DNA from: an uncultured Spirochaetota bacterium
GTDB taxonomy: Bacteria > Spirochaetota > Spirochaetia > SZUA-6 > Fen-1364
Assembly: GCA_963745235.1 (NCBI GenBank)
Contig: CAVUXE010000015.1
Location: forward strand, 1-64,000
DNA: 64,000 bases
Reading direction: 5' to 3'
A program made the position numbers and the translations under genes. The notes under the pieces were generated by a model, which worked only from the letters and a program-made list of their open reading frames with translations, made no database searches and had not been told where the DNA came from. Of this stretch, positions 53,020 to 62,939 are shown piece by piece. Numbering within the stretch: position 1 is the first letter of the stretch; each line of letters starts with the position of its first letter.

Positions 53020-54857
53020 TCACACCACCGTGCGTACGGGTCCGTACACGGCGGTTCGGCAAGATTGAACGTTCACGTAGCAAGCGACGGGAGTCCGAGG
53101 GAGTCGAAGAAAGCATTCGGCAGCGCGATGGCCAGGGCTTTGCTATTGCTCAGTCGCCATGGGCCGTGCGCACTCCCCGCCGTCTTCGCGGCGAGGTCTT
53201 TGCCGATTCCCCGTTCCTCAGTTCTTTGAAACGTACCCTTCCGCGTTTCCACTGCTTCCACAGGAAGCAGCGCAGACGTCTTCGGGTCCAACCTGTCCAA
53301 GTCCCTGAGTATGCTGGGGGTCTCGCAGAATCCGAAGTAACCCCGCCACCCTATCATATAGCGGCGAAGCTCTCCGATCATCTGCTCGATACTGATCCCG
53401 CGTGTGCGCCATGTCAGTTCCCGAATCCGCTCCTTGAATCGTTCGATGGCCTTAGGCGCGATGCGCCTCCTCACCGTCTTCTCCGCTCGTGAAGCTGAAT
53501 CCAAGGAACTTCCGATCCTTTGGCCGTGCCACTGCGCTCTTCGATTTGTTTACCTTAAGCTTGAGTTTTCTTGTGAGGAAGTCCTTTCACGCCTTCCATC
53601 ACCCGCTGACCCGCACGCTCGCTTTTCACGTAGATATTGCAATCATCTGCGTAGCGAACGAAGCGGTGCCCGCGTCGCTCCAGCTCTCGGTCCAACTCGT
53701 CAAGCAGCAGATTGGAAAGAAGCGGCGAAAGAGGTCCACCTTGCGGCGTTCCTTCATCCGTCGGTCCCACAAGTCCGTTTTCCATCACTCCCGAGTTCAG
53801 GAACGATCGAATCAGCTTTAGCATCCGCTTGTCGCTAATCCTTCGGGCTACGCGGCTCATCAGCACGTCATGGTTCACGCGGTCAAAGAACTTCTCCAGG
53901 TCAAGGTCCACGACCCAGTCGTAACCTTGCTGGATATATTCCTGCGCCTTCTCCACCGCCTGATGTGCCGATCGCCCTGGCCTGAACCCGTAGCTGTACT
54001 CACTGAATGTGGGGTCCCACCGCTCTTGCAGTACCTGCAGCACCGCCTGCTGGACGAATCGATCCACCACCGTCGGAATGCCGAGCTTTCTCGTGCCTCC
54101 TCCCGATTTCGGTATCTCCACCCGTCTCACAGGCTGCGGCCGATAGGTGCCTGACAAAAGCTGCTCCTTTCAATCGCGGCCAATTCTCCCGCAGGTACTC
54201 CGGCAATTCCTTGACGGTCATCCCGTCGATGCCTGCCGCTCCCGCGTTGGCTTTCACGCGTCTCAGCGCTTCCTTCAAGTTCTCCTTCTCGCATGCCTCC
54301 TCGATCAGCTTGTCCGTGTTCGCCTGGCTTTCCGTGCTGAGTTTCACCGCTGTGGATTCGATCCCTTCCTCGGGTGCCCTGAGGGCTTCACCCCTTCCCT
54401 CACCCGCGAAGGCCAGCTCATGCTGGATTTTCTGTCGCCTGTCCACTTCGAGTCGCTCCCTGTACTCGCCTCTCCTGCCGTTCGGGCCTTCGGGTCACCG
54501 ACCCTACTATGCCCTCTGCTGACTTCTGGCAGCCGATCAGAGATTCTCACGAATCCCTCAGTCCCTACTCGGGGACACCTGCCAGACCTCCTGGGGTAAG
54601 CTCACCCGCTTTCAGCGCACAACCGCTGGATTTACAACCCGAGCCCTTGATGGATATGGGCTTGTCGGTCATATGCCCGCTCGCCCGACTCGGTATGCCT
54701 CGTATCCAGTTTCTGTTCGTCGGCTCGCGCCTTTGCTCCACGCTTCTTTCGGACACGCTCTCGCGAGATAAGTGCCCTTGCGTTTCGCTACGCCTTCACC
54801 TCCATCAGGTTGGCGAGGGGACTTTCACCCCAAAGCTGGTGAACATGCCCAGCACAC
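53020..54857 (-). mobile_element. Group II intron (class C/IIC-like), apparently lacking domain VI
   Basis: 5' end GTGTGCTGGGCATG at 54857, after a GC hairpin and TTTTAT. Domain V GAACCGCCGTGTACGGACCCGTACGCACGGTGGTGTG at about 53021-53057. Confidence 0.85.
53073..54446 (-). CDS. ltrA: Group II intron reverse transcriptase/maturase without endonuclease domain; several frameshifts
   Basis: RKLGIPTVVDR, SYGFRPGRSAH, DLEKFFD, GTPQGGPLSPLL, RYADD and GWRGYF, spread over three ORFs. Confidence 0.92.
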
Positions 54858-54896
54858 ATAAAACGGGCGCCTCGGGCGGCTCCTGGGAACACCAGT

Positions 54897-55490
54897 GTGC
54901 CCCGAGGCCACGGGTCGTCACGTCAAAGAATCATTCAGGCAGCGAGTGACTTGTTCGAGAACAACGGCTACCACGGGACCGGCTTGAATGAGATCGTTCT
55001 TCGGGGGAAGGCTCCGAAAGGCTCCATCTACTACCATTTCCCCGGAGGCAAAGAGCAGATTGCGACTGAGGCAATACTCCTCGCCGGACAGGCTCTTGCC
55101 GAGAGGATTCGAACCAACCTGGTGAAAAAGAGAAATGCCGCCGAGGCTGTTCGGATATTTGTCGACAGGATGTCATTTTTCGTCATGGCGTCGGGGTTCA
55201 GGTCCGGAGGGCCTTTGACGATTATTGCCTCGGAGACCGCGACCACAAACGATGGCTTGAACCGGGCGTGTCGGGAAGCCTATGACCTCATTCGGGAAGC
55301 CTTCAGGATGAAGCTGGAGGACTACGGCTTTGCAGAGCCTGAAGCAGCGGCTCTCTCCTTCGGCATCACTGCCGCCGTGGAAGGAGGCATCATACTGAGC
55401 CGTACCTACCATTCTCGCAAGCCCCTGCGCACCGTTGCAAGACTCCTCGGGGAGATGGTGATGGCAGTCGGTTCCGTTGCCAAAGCCTGA
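54897..55490 (+). CDS. TetR-family regulator (LmrA/YxaF-like)
   Basis: GYHGTGLNEI, APKGSIYYHFPGGKE and VEGGIILSR. Confidence 0.9.
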   Translation: MPRGHGSSRQRIIQAASDLFENNGYHGTGLNEIVLRGKAPKGSIYYHFPGGKEQIATEAILLAGQALAERIRTNLVKKRNAAEAVRIFVDRMSFFVMASGFRSGGPLTIIASETATTNDGLNRACREAYDLIREAFRMKLEDYGFAEPEAAALSFGITAAVEGGIILSRTYHSRKPLRTVARLLGEMVMAVGSVAKA

Positions 55491-55514
55491 AGATTGATTG
55501 TACTGTTCGGTGTC

Positions 55515-56222
55515 GTGTCACGCACCGAGCGACTCTTCGACCTCATCCAACTCCTGAGGACATACCACTTTCCGGTGACGGCGGCCCGGCTGGCGGGTCA
55601 GCTCGACGTCACCGTCCGCACAATCTACCGGGATATCGCCACACTTCAGGCTCTGGGGGCGCCGGTGGATGGTGAGGCCGGCATGGGCTACCTGCTGCGC
55701 CCCGGTTTCCTTTTGCCGCCTCTCATGTTCAAAGAAGAAGAAATGGAGGCCCTGGTCCTCGGCGCGCGCTGGGTCGTGAATCGCGCCGACCGCCTCCTCG
55801 GTCAGGCGGCCCGAAACGCGCTGGCCCGAATCGAGGCAGTGCTGCCCGCGCGGCTGCGCCAGGATATGGAGGATGCGCCGCTCATCGTCGGCCCCGGCCC
55901 CGCGGTCCGAGGTCAGGACGATCGGCTTGTCAGGCTTCGGCGGGCAATTCGCCAGCAGCACAAAGTGCTTCTGCGCTACAGAAGCCTTGCGGGGGAAAGC
56001 ACCGAGAGGGTGGTCTGGCCTTTTGCCCTGTCATTCTTCAATACGGCACGCATCGTTGTTGCCTGGTGCGAGCTTCGCCAGGACTACAGGTCCTTCCGCA
56101 CCGACTTGATCGATGAGGCCAAAGTTCTCTCCGCGACCTATCCCCGTCACCGTTCGACGCTCCTGCATGAGTGGCGGGCCCGGGAGGGCATTCCCCGCCA
56201 GGACGCCGGCGGTGACCCCTGA
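55515..56222 (+). CDS. HTH-WYL (YafY-type) transcriptional regulator
   Basis: SRTERLFDLIQLLR, RTIYRDIATL, LPPLMF and AWCELRQDYRSFRTD. Confidence 0.93.
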   Translation: MSRTERLFDLIQLLRTYHFPVTAARLAGQLDVTVRTIYRDIATLQALGAPVDGEAGMGYLLRPGFLLPPLMFKEEEMEALVLGARWVVNRADRLLGQAARNALARIEAVLPARLRQDMEDAPLIVGPGPAVRGQDDRLVRLRRAIRQQHKVLLRYRSLAGESTERVVWPFALSFFNTARIVVAWCELRQDYRSFRTDLIDEAKVLSATYPRHRSTLLHEWRAREGIPRQDAGGDP

Positions 56223-56232
56223 GGAACCCTGC

Positions 56233-56247
56233 TGACAGAAACTGTCA
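56233..56247. promoter_or_regulatory. Palindrome upstream of the VOC gene, candidate WYL-regulator site
   Basis: TGACAG-AAA-CTGTCA. Confidence 0.55.
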
Positions 56248-56284
56248 CTGACCTCCTGTACCTTGAGATGCAGAGGAGGAACCC

Positions 56285-56665
56285 ATGACACATCCGAACT
56301 TCGTGATTCTTTACGTCAAGGATCCCCGCGAAAGCGCGGCGTTTTATTCCCGCCTTCTGGGAAGCAACCCGGTGGAAGCATCCCCGACCTTCGTGATGTT
56401 CGCCCTGGAGTCAGGGATGATGTTCGGGCTCTGGATACGGGATGAGGTGGTGCCCGCCGTCGCGTCCCGACCTGGGGCGGCGGAGCTCGCCATTGCCGTG
56501 GACAGCCGCGAAGAAGTTGAATCCGCCCTGGCTGACTGGAGGGCGGCCGGCGCCGCTGTCGTCCTGGAGCCGACTGAGCTTGATTTCGGCTATGGGTTTG
56601 CCGTACGGGACCCTGACGGACACCTGGTTCGCGTGTTCAACCCAAGCTCACCACCGGCGGCATGA
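56285..56665 (+). CDS. VOC/glyoxalase/bleomycin-resistance family protein
   Basis: ILYVKDPRESAAFY and DFGYGFAVRDPDGH. Confidence 0.9.
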   Translation: MTHPNFVILYVKDPRESAAFYSRLLGSNPVEASPTFVMFALESGMMFGLWIRDEVVPAVASRPGAAELAIAVDSREEVESALADWRAAGAAVVLEPTELDFGYGFAVRDPDGHLVRVFNPSSPPAA

Positions 56666-56681
56666 AACGGGAAGAGCGATC

Positions 56682-57122
56682 ATGGAGAAGAACCACTGGA
56701 TCGTCGTTGCATCTCGGGATCATGCCGCCATCGGCGTGAAGGCCTCGATCATTCAGGCAAATCATGGCAAGAGGGCTGCACTTGACCGGATGCGGCCGGG
56801 GGACAGGATTGCCATCTACTCGCCTCGGGAAACCTTTGCAAAAACGGGCCGTCTGCAGGCTTTCACCGCGCTGGGGACCGTGGCGGATGACCGGGTCTGG
56901 CAGCTCGAGGTGGGACCGGGCTTCAAGCCTTTTCGGCGCCGGGTGGAATATGAGCCCGTCGAGGATGCACCGTTGCTGCCGCTCCTGGAGCGGTTGACTT
57001 TCATCCGGAACAAGAGCGCTTACGGCGCAGTCTTCAGGTTCGGCATCGTCAAGGTCCCGGAGTCAGATTTCCGAGTGATCGAGGATGCTCTCCGAGGCCC
57101 CGAGGGTTTGTCAGCTACATGA
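56682..57122 (+). CDS. EVE domain protein
   Basis: HWIVVASRDH, QANHGK, MRPGD, YSP and FTALG. Confidence 0.85.
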   Translation: MEKNHWIVVASRDHAAIGVKASIIQANHGKRAALDRMRPGDRIAIYSPRETFAKTGRLQAFTALGTVADDRVWQLEVGPGFKPFRRRVEYEPVEDAPLLPLLERLTFIRNKSAYGAVFRFGIVKVPESDFRVIEDALRGPEGLSAT

Positions 57123-57375
57123 ACTCTTTGAGGGTGAAGCGGATGTCGGGAAACTTCATCCGCAGCCATTGCACTTCTTCTTCAAGCGAGCTCTCGCAAT
57201 CAAAGATGTTCACAAAGTGGCGGTGAATGCGCGTCGGGGAGGTCCTGGCGGACCCGACCACCATCCCGCCGTGCACGGTGGCAATTGCGTCAAGCGCGGA
57301 TTCGAGCTCCTCCTCGGCATCATCCGGGATCTCCGGAGAGACCGGCTGAACCACTTCGAGGGTGTACCTGCTCAT
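57115..57375 (-). CDS. Small hypothetical protein
   Basis: 86-aa ORF with ATGA overlap with the DUF302 gene. Confidence 0.5.
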   Translation of the reverse strand: MSRYTLEVVQPVSPEIPDDAEEELESALDAIATVHGGMVVGSARTSPTRIHRHFVNIFDCESSLEEEVQWLRMKFPDIRFTLKEFM

Positions 57376-57767
57376 GCCGCCCCGTCCCCTTTCTGCGTCG
57401 CCGCCGCGAATACTGCCTCGAGGGCGCGGAAGGGGGGCGAATCCAGGTGGTGGCGCTCCCTGAGGTATTCCGGGCTGTTGTAGCTCAGCCACACCGTGCC
57501 CTCCGTAGACTCCCAGACGAGGGCCTTCAGCGGAAGGTCCAGCGCAATCGAAGGAAATTTCACCATGAGCGGCGTGCCAACGGCCGGATCACCGAAGACG
57601 AGCAGCTGCGTCTCTGGCATGGCAAGTCCCACAGACTGTGCCTCCGCAGTCTGATCGATCCGCGCGAAGATCCTGATTCCCCGCGCCTTCAACAACGATG
57701 CGAGGCGGTCCATCGTCTCGGGAACAGAGAACGCGCTTGCAATATCAACAACGCCTTTGCCACCCAT
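57372..57767 (-). CDS. DUF302 family protein
   Basis: IFARID, LLVFGDPAVGTPLM and ALDLPLKALVWE. Confidence 0.9.
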   Translation of the reverse strand: MGGKGVVDIASAFSVPETMDRLASLLKARGIRIFARIDQTAEAQSVGLAMPETQLLVFGDPAVGTPLMVKFPSIALDLPLKALVWESTEGTVWLSYNSPEYLRERHHLDSPPFRALEAVFAAATQKGDGAA

Positions 57768-57971
57768 TGATCCCGCCCCCACAAATATAGTGCAAAGACA
57801 TGCCGGCGGGCTGCCCCTGAGATGCTTCCCGTCACATTCCCGTCACGATGACCTTGACGGGAAGCCGGAGGCAGTCGGCACGCTCATCATCGTGTCCCTG
57901 GCAGTGAGCGCTTTCAGCGAGCGCGGGATGCGGGCGTAGATTCCGGCCCACAGCGGGCTTCCGGCTGTCGT

Positions 57972-58700
57972 TCAGTTGCTCTGGCGGAAAGACAGCGAGA
58001 AATCGAGCGCCGTGTCGAGCAGAAGGACACGCAGCAGGGGGATCCTGTAGGTCACCAACCCGTCGCTCACCGTTCCGCCTGCCTGCGAGACAATTTCCCC
58101 TTCCGGCCGGATGGCGATGCTGATCCATGACTTCCTCACCAGGGCGGGTCCGTCGTCCCCGAGAGAAAATCGAATCATTTCCAGGTAGTCGTCCTGCGTG
58201 ACCTTCTGGTCCACCTGCGGGCCAAGGCTCTGGAGAACGGGGCTTTCGAGCATGGGGAAGAGAGCGGCAACCTGGCGATAGTTCTCCCGGTTCAGGTGGA
58301 TCTTCAACGTTTCGATGCCGCCCGCCTGCGTGAGGGAAATGACGTCTGCGCTCGGGAGGCCTTCTTTCCGTGCGAACAGGTCCGATAGGGACGCGAAGCT
58401 CGCCTCGATGTCCAGCGAGCGCGGGTCCGGGGACGACACCTTCTGCACGGTCATACCGGGCTGGGCCTCAAAGCCCGCGCGGATTGCCGCCAGGTCGAAT
58501 ATCGCATCTCCCCGCGCTTTCGAGCTCCCCGACACTTCAGCGAGCCCTGCGATGTAGTCGTGCAGGAGCTTCGAGACCTCGAGATGAAGCGCCACCGTGC
58601 CGGAGCCGTCCCCCTTGAGGGTGACGACGTGCGCGGCGCTGCAGCCCCCTAGGAGAGCTGCTGCGAGGATCAGCGCAGGAACGCGAGGCAGGCGCGGCAT
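57972..58700 (-). CDS. Hypothetical lipoprotein
   Basis: MPRLPRVPALILAAALLGG-C lipobox; DGSG motif. Confidence 0.7.
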   Translation of the reverse strand: MPRLPRVPALILAAALLGGCSAAHVVTLKGDGSGTVALHLEVSKLLHDYIAGLAEVSGSSKARGDAIFDLAAIRAGFEAQPGMTVQKVSSPDPRSLDIEASFASLSDLFARKEGLPSADVISLTQAGGIETLKIHLNRENYRQVAALFPMLESPVLQSLGPQVDQKVTQDDYLEMIRFSLGDDGPALVRKSWISIAIRPEGEIVSQAGGTVSDGLVTYRIPLLRVLLLDTALDFSLSFRQSN

Positions 58701-58772
58701 GGATGCAACGCTACCGAATCCCGCGCGCGAGGTCAATTGCGCAGGCCGCGGAAAACCCCTACTATGCCTGCA

Positions 58773-60522
58773 ATGCCCGCCATACGAATCGAGCCTCTGG
58801 GCCTCACAATCGAAGCAGAAAAAGGCGTCGTTCTGCGCGACGCTCTTCACGCCGCCGGGATCCTCCTTGACTACCCGTGCGGGGGCAAGGGACGCTGCCG
58901 CCAGTGCCGCGTGAACGTTGCCGGGGACACTCGCCTGGCGTGCCAGCTGGTCATCCAGGAGGACTGCACTGTGCGCATCGGGGAGGAGATGGTGGCCGCC
59001 CAGGTCTGGACAACCCCGGGAGAAGGCTTGCGGAACGATGACATCCGAGCCGCGGCAGATTCTTCTGTCAGGCGCGTCCGACTGCATTTGCAGGAACCGA
59101 GCCTGGAGGATCAGAGATCTGACTGGGACAGGCTTGCCCAGGCCCTCGCCGAACAGGGGGCCGGCGTCGGGGAGCCTGACCCGGCACTTCTGGAAAGCGT
59201 CTCAACGGCCCTGCGCGCGCACGGATGGACCGCGGATGCCGTTTGCCAGGAGAATGAGCTGCTGGGGATAGGTCCGGCCGGCTTCCGCGCAATCGGCTTT
59301 GCCGTGGACCTTGGCACCACGACGGTGGACATCGCGCTCCTGGACCTGGAAACGGGTGAGCTTCTTGGCCGCAAGGCGTTTCTGAACAGGCAGGTCGCCT
59401 TCGGCGCGGATGTCATCTCGCGCGCGCAAAGCTTTCACGAGAACAGGGAGCCGGTTCGAGAGGCCGGCCTTGCCACCGTTGAGGAAGGAGCTCGCCAGGT
59501 TCTTGCCGAAGCGGGAGAAGACCCGCTCCGGGTGCTCAAAACGGTGGTGGTGGGCAACCCCATCATGGTGCACATCCTGCAGGGGATCGATCCATGGCAG
59601 CTCACGCGTCTGCCGTACGTTGCGGTCACCGCCCGCCGGATCCGTCGTCATCCGCGGGATCTCGGCTGGACATTCCAGGGCAACGGCTACGTGGAAACCC
59701 TTCCGCTCGTCTCCGGCTACGTGGGCGCGGACACCGTGGGAATGATGGTGGCCCTTGACCTGGACAGGGAAAAAGCCACCACCCTGTCGATCGACATCGG
59801 CACGAACGGGGAGATGGTCCTGGCGCGCGGAGGGAGCCTGCTGGCCACCTCCACGGCTGCCGGTCCGGCCTTTGAAGGCGCCCAGATATCCTGCGGCATG
59901 CGGGCGCTTCCCGGCGCAATTGTCGCCGTGTCCATAGGCCTTGATGGGTCCGTGAGGCACAAAACAGTGGCGGACGCCGCGCCGCAGGGGATCTGCGGAA
60001 CCGGCCTGGTCTCCGCGGTGGCGCAGCTCCTGGAGCGCGAGGTCATAGACGCCACCGGCAGGCTCCTTGACAGCGCGGAGATCACCCTCCCCGCGCTTCG
60101 AGCGCGCGTGTTCTCCCTCGGGGGAGAGCCGGCTTTCGCGTTGTCCGAGGACCGACGCGTGTACATCTCCCAGAAGGATATCCGCACGCTCCAGCTGGCA
60201 AAGGGAGCGGTGCGCACGGGCGTCGACACGCTGCTGTCCCTCACGGGAATCGAGGCTGACGGGCTCGATGCTCTTCGGCTTGCCGGGCAACTTCGGCGCG
60301 GGGCTGGATGCGCGCGCGGCAATGCGCATCGGGATCATCCCTCCCATGGATCTTGCAAAGGTGGAGGTGGTGGGCAACGCCGCGCTTCGAGGCGCGGTCA
60401 TGGTGCTTCTTTCCCGGGAGTGCGTGGATCGGGCGGAGAGGGCGGCTCGGGGCGCCCGCTTCGTAGAGCTGGGCGGGAAGCCGGAGTTCCAGGCCCGTTT
60501 CATGGAGGCTATGCTCTTTTAG
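58773..60522 (+). CDS. RACo/DUF4445 ASKHA ATPase with [2Fe-2S] domain (reductive activator of corrinoid proteins); frameshift near 60280
   Basis: CGGKGRCRQC...RLAC, AVDLGTTT, FGADVISR, IDIGTNGE, AAGPAFEG and GICGTG. Confidence 0.9.
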
Positions 60523-61183
60523 CCGGGGTGGAAAAGACTCCGAGGAAGCCGCCGCGCGGCTGGCAGACGAACCAGTGGCCCGAGATCTTCCGCGCCTTCT
60601 CCTCCAGAATCTGGTCGATGTAACCCGCAAACTCCTCCACGCCGGCCCCCAGGGATTGAAAACCGTTGACGGAGACCTCCCGGCCCGCGCCGTAGCTCGC
60701 CATCAGGGACGAGGCGAAACCGCGAAACCCTTCGCGCATGGCCGCCTGCACCGCCGTGTCAGATCCAGCGGACGGAAAGCTCACCAGGCCGAGCAGACCG
60801 CGTCTTCGCTGCGGGAAATACGAGAGGACCTCCCGGGCAAGGAACAGGGGCCCCTTCGCCTCATCGAAGGACCGTTCTATCTCCGCGCTGGCGGCTTCGT
60901 GGAGAGCATTCGCGGACGGGCATGGCGCCTCCAGGATGAAGACCTCGTCCAGCGCATCGAATGCATTCAGGGAAGAGAGGAGGACGTTCCGCGCGGACAG
61001 CGGGGACCGGCGATTCCATGCAACCACTCGGACCCCGTCGCTTTCGCGGCTGACGCGCTGCTCAGCGCCCTCAGAGCCGGCGGGCGTCGTGGTGACAACA
61101 GAGATGCCTTTCGCGCAGAACAGGCGCACGAGCGCCGCGCCGAGCGGAGTATCTCCCTCTGTCACCAGGACCGCCTTCCCCAT
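60509..61183 (-). CDS. SDR-like Rossmann-fold hypothetical protein
   Basis: KAVLVTEGDTPLG and WNRRSPLSARN; no YxxxK. Confidence 0.6.
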   Translation of the reverse strand: MGKAVLVTEGDTPLGAALVRLFCAKGISVVTTTPAGSEGAEQRVSRESDGVRVVAWNRRSPLSARNVLLSSLNAFDALDEVFILEAPCPSANALHEAASAEIERSFDEAKGPLFLAREVLSYFPQRRRGLLGLVSFPSAGSDTAVQAAMREGFRGFASSLMASYGAGREVSVNGFQSLGAGVEEFAGYIDQILEEKARKISGHWFVCQPRGGFLGVFSTPAKRA

Positions 61184-61307
61184 CCGCGCGGATGATACCC
61201 CGCGCAGACGTGCAGGGTCAACGGAAGGCGGATGTGGCGGAAGGTGGATGGGGTGCCTCACGGCCCCTCTCATTGCCCCGCCCCCCCTTCCCTGATAGAT
61301 TCTTGCT

Positions 61308-62939
61308 ATGAAGATCGCGTGCGGGCAGATCAACCCCACGATCGGCGATTTCCCGGGCAACCTGGACAAGGTCCTCGTGTATTCGCGCCGCGCGCAAGAG
61401 GCCGGGTGCGCGCTTGCCGTGTTCCCCGAGCTGTGCCTCTGCGGATACCCGCCCATGGACCTCCTGGAGTACGACAGCTTCATAGAGGAAAACCTGAAAA
61501 CCCTCCGCACGCTCCAGAGCGACGCTCCCCCCGGGATCGGGATCGTCGTGGGATACGTGGACAGGAACCGGGGCCGTCCCGGCAAGGGTCTTCTCAACGT
61601 CGCCTCACTGATCTCCGACGGCAAGGTCCTTCACACGCAGGCAAAGACGCTCCTCCCCACCTACGACGTGTTCGACGAGGCGCGCTGGTTCGAGCCTGCG
61701 GACAGGAGGACGGTCTTCAACTTCGCGGGGGAACGGATCGGGATCGCCATCTGCGAGGACCTCTGGTGGGATGGAGAAACGGCGCCCGGCCTGCGCTACC
61801 CGGTGGACCCGATCGCGGAGCTTCTGGATGCCGGGGCGACCCTCATTGTGGCCCCCACCGCCTCCCCGTTTCATGCGGGGAAGCCGCGCACGCGCCGGGA
61901 GCTCTTCTCACGGGTCGGGAAGGCCTCCGGCGTGCCGGTCGTGTACGTGAACATCGTCGGGGGGAACGACAACCTCATCTTCGACGGCCAGTCCATGGTC
62001 ACCTCCCGTGAGGGAAAGCTGGTGTACATGGGCGCGCCGTTCGAAGAGGAGCTTGCCTTCGTGGATACGGCCGCCACGTGCCCCGAAGTCCCCCTGCCCG
62101 ACGACACGTGGGCCCAGATCGAAGGCGCCCTGGTCCTTGGCATCAGGGACTACGTGCGCAAGTGCGGGTTCACGCGCGTGCACCTCGGGCTCTCCGGCGG
62201 AATCGACTCCGCTCTGGTGGCGGTGCTTGCCGTGGAGGCCCTCGGGCCGGACAAGGTGGACGTTTTCGGCCTCCCTTCCCGTTATTCCTCTGATGGCAGC
62301 GTGGCGGACGCCCGTGGGCTTGCTGGGAACCTCGGTCTCACCCTGAAGCTGCTTTCCATCGAAGACATATTCGCCTCGTACCTCCACACCCTGGGCCCGG
62401 TATTCGAAGGCCGGGCGCCGGACATCACGGAGGAAAACATCCAGGCGCGCATTCGCGGCACGCTCCTGATGGCTTACTCGAACAAGTTCAACTCCCTGCT
62501 TCTCACCACGGGCAACAAGTCGGAGCTTGCCGTGGGATACTGCACGCTGTACGGCGACATGAGCGGAGGGCTGGCCGTGATCGGAGACCTGCTGAAGGGC
62601 CAGGTGTACCGGCTGGCTCGATCGATCAACTCGCGAAAACCTCTCATCCCGGAATCGATCTTCACGAAGCCCCCCTCGGCAGAGCTGCGGCCCGACCAGA
62701 CGGACCAGGACAGTCTGCCCCCCTACGATACCCTGGACGCCATCCTCCAGGAGTACCTCGTGGAGAACAAATCCGTGGAGGCAATCGCCGGCAACGGGTT
62801 CGACCCCGCGCTGGTGCGCTCGGTGGTCCGCATGGTGGACAAGGCGGAGTACAAGCGCCGGCAGGCGCCGCCGGTCCTCAAGGTTTCCCCGAAGGCTTTC
62901 GGGACCGGGCGCCGCGTCCCGATCGCGCGGAAGGTTTAG
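61308..62939 (+). CDS. nadE: Glutamine-dependent NAD+ synthetase
   Basis: FPELCLCGY, ICEDLW, GLSGGIDS, ENIQAR, TGNKSE and KPPSAELRPDQ. Confidence 0.97.
   Translation: MKIACGQINPTIGDFPGNLDKVLVYSRRAQEAGCALAVFPELCLCGYPPMDLLEYDSFIEENLKTLRTLQSDAPPGIGIVVGYVDRNRGRPGKGLLNVASLISDGKVLHTQAKTLLPTYDVFDEARWFEPADRRTVFNFAGERIGIAICEDLWWDGETAPGLRYPVDPIAELLDAGATLIVAPTASPFHAGKPRTRRELFSRVGKASGVPVVYVNIVGGNDNLIFDGQSMVTSREGKLVYMGAPFEEELAFVDTAATCPEVPLPDDTWAQIEGALVLGIRDYVRKCGFTRVHLGLSGGIDSALVAVLAVEALGPDKVDVFGLPSRYSSDGSVADARGLAGNLGLTLKLLSIEDIFASYLHTLGPVFEGRAPDITEENIQARIRGTLLMAYSNKFNSLLLTTGNKSELAVGYCTLYGDMSGGLAVIGDLLKGQVYRLARSINSRKPLIPESIFTKPPSAELRPDQTDQDSLPPYDTLDAILQEYLVENKSVEAIAGNGFDPALVRSVVRMVDKAEYKRRQAPPVLKVSPKAFGTGRRVPIARKV

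Noticed and set aside
53073-54446. Retron, DGR or defence-associated reverse transcriptase
   Set aside because: The RT has a maturase X domain and sits inside recognisable group II intron RNA. No template/variable repeats or msr-msd are seen.
57826-57940. ncRNA near the TTCCCGTCA/TGACGGGAA hairpin
   Set aside because: A single 9-bp stem with no family features. It may be a membrane-protein gene remnant or chance.
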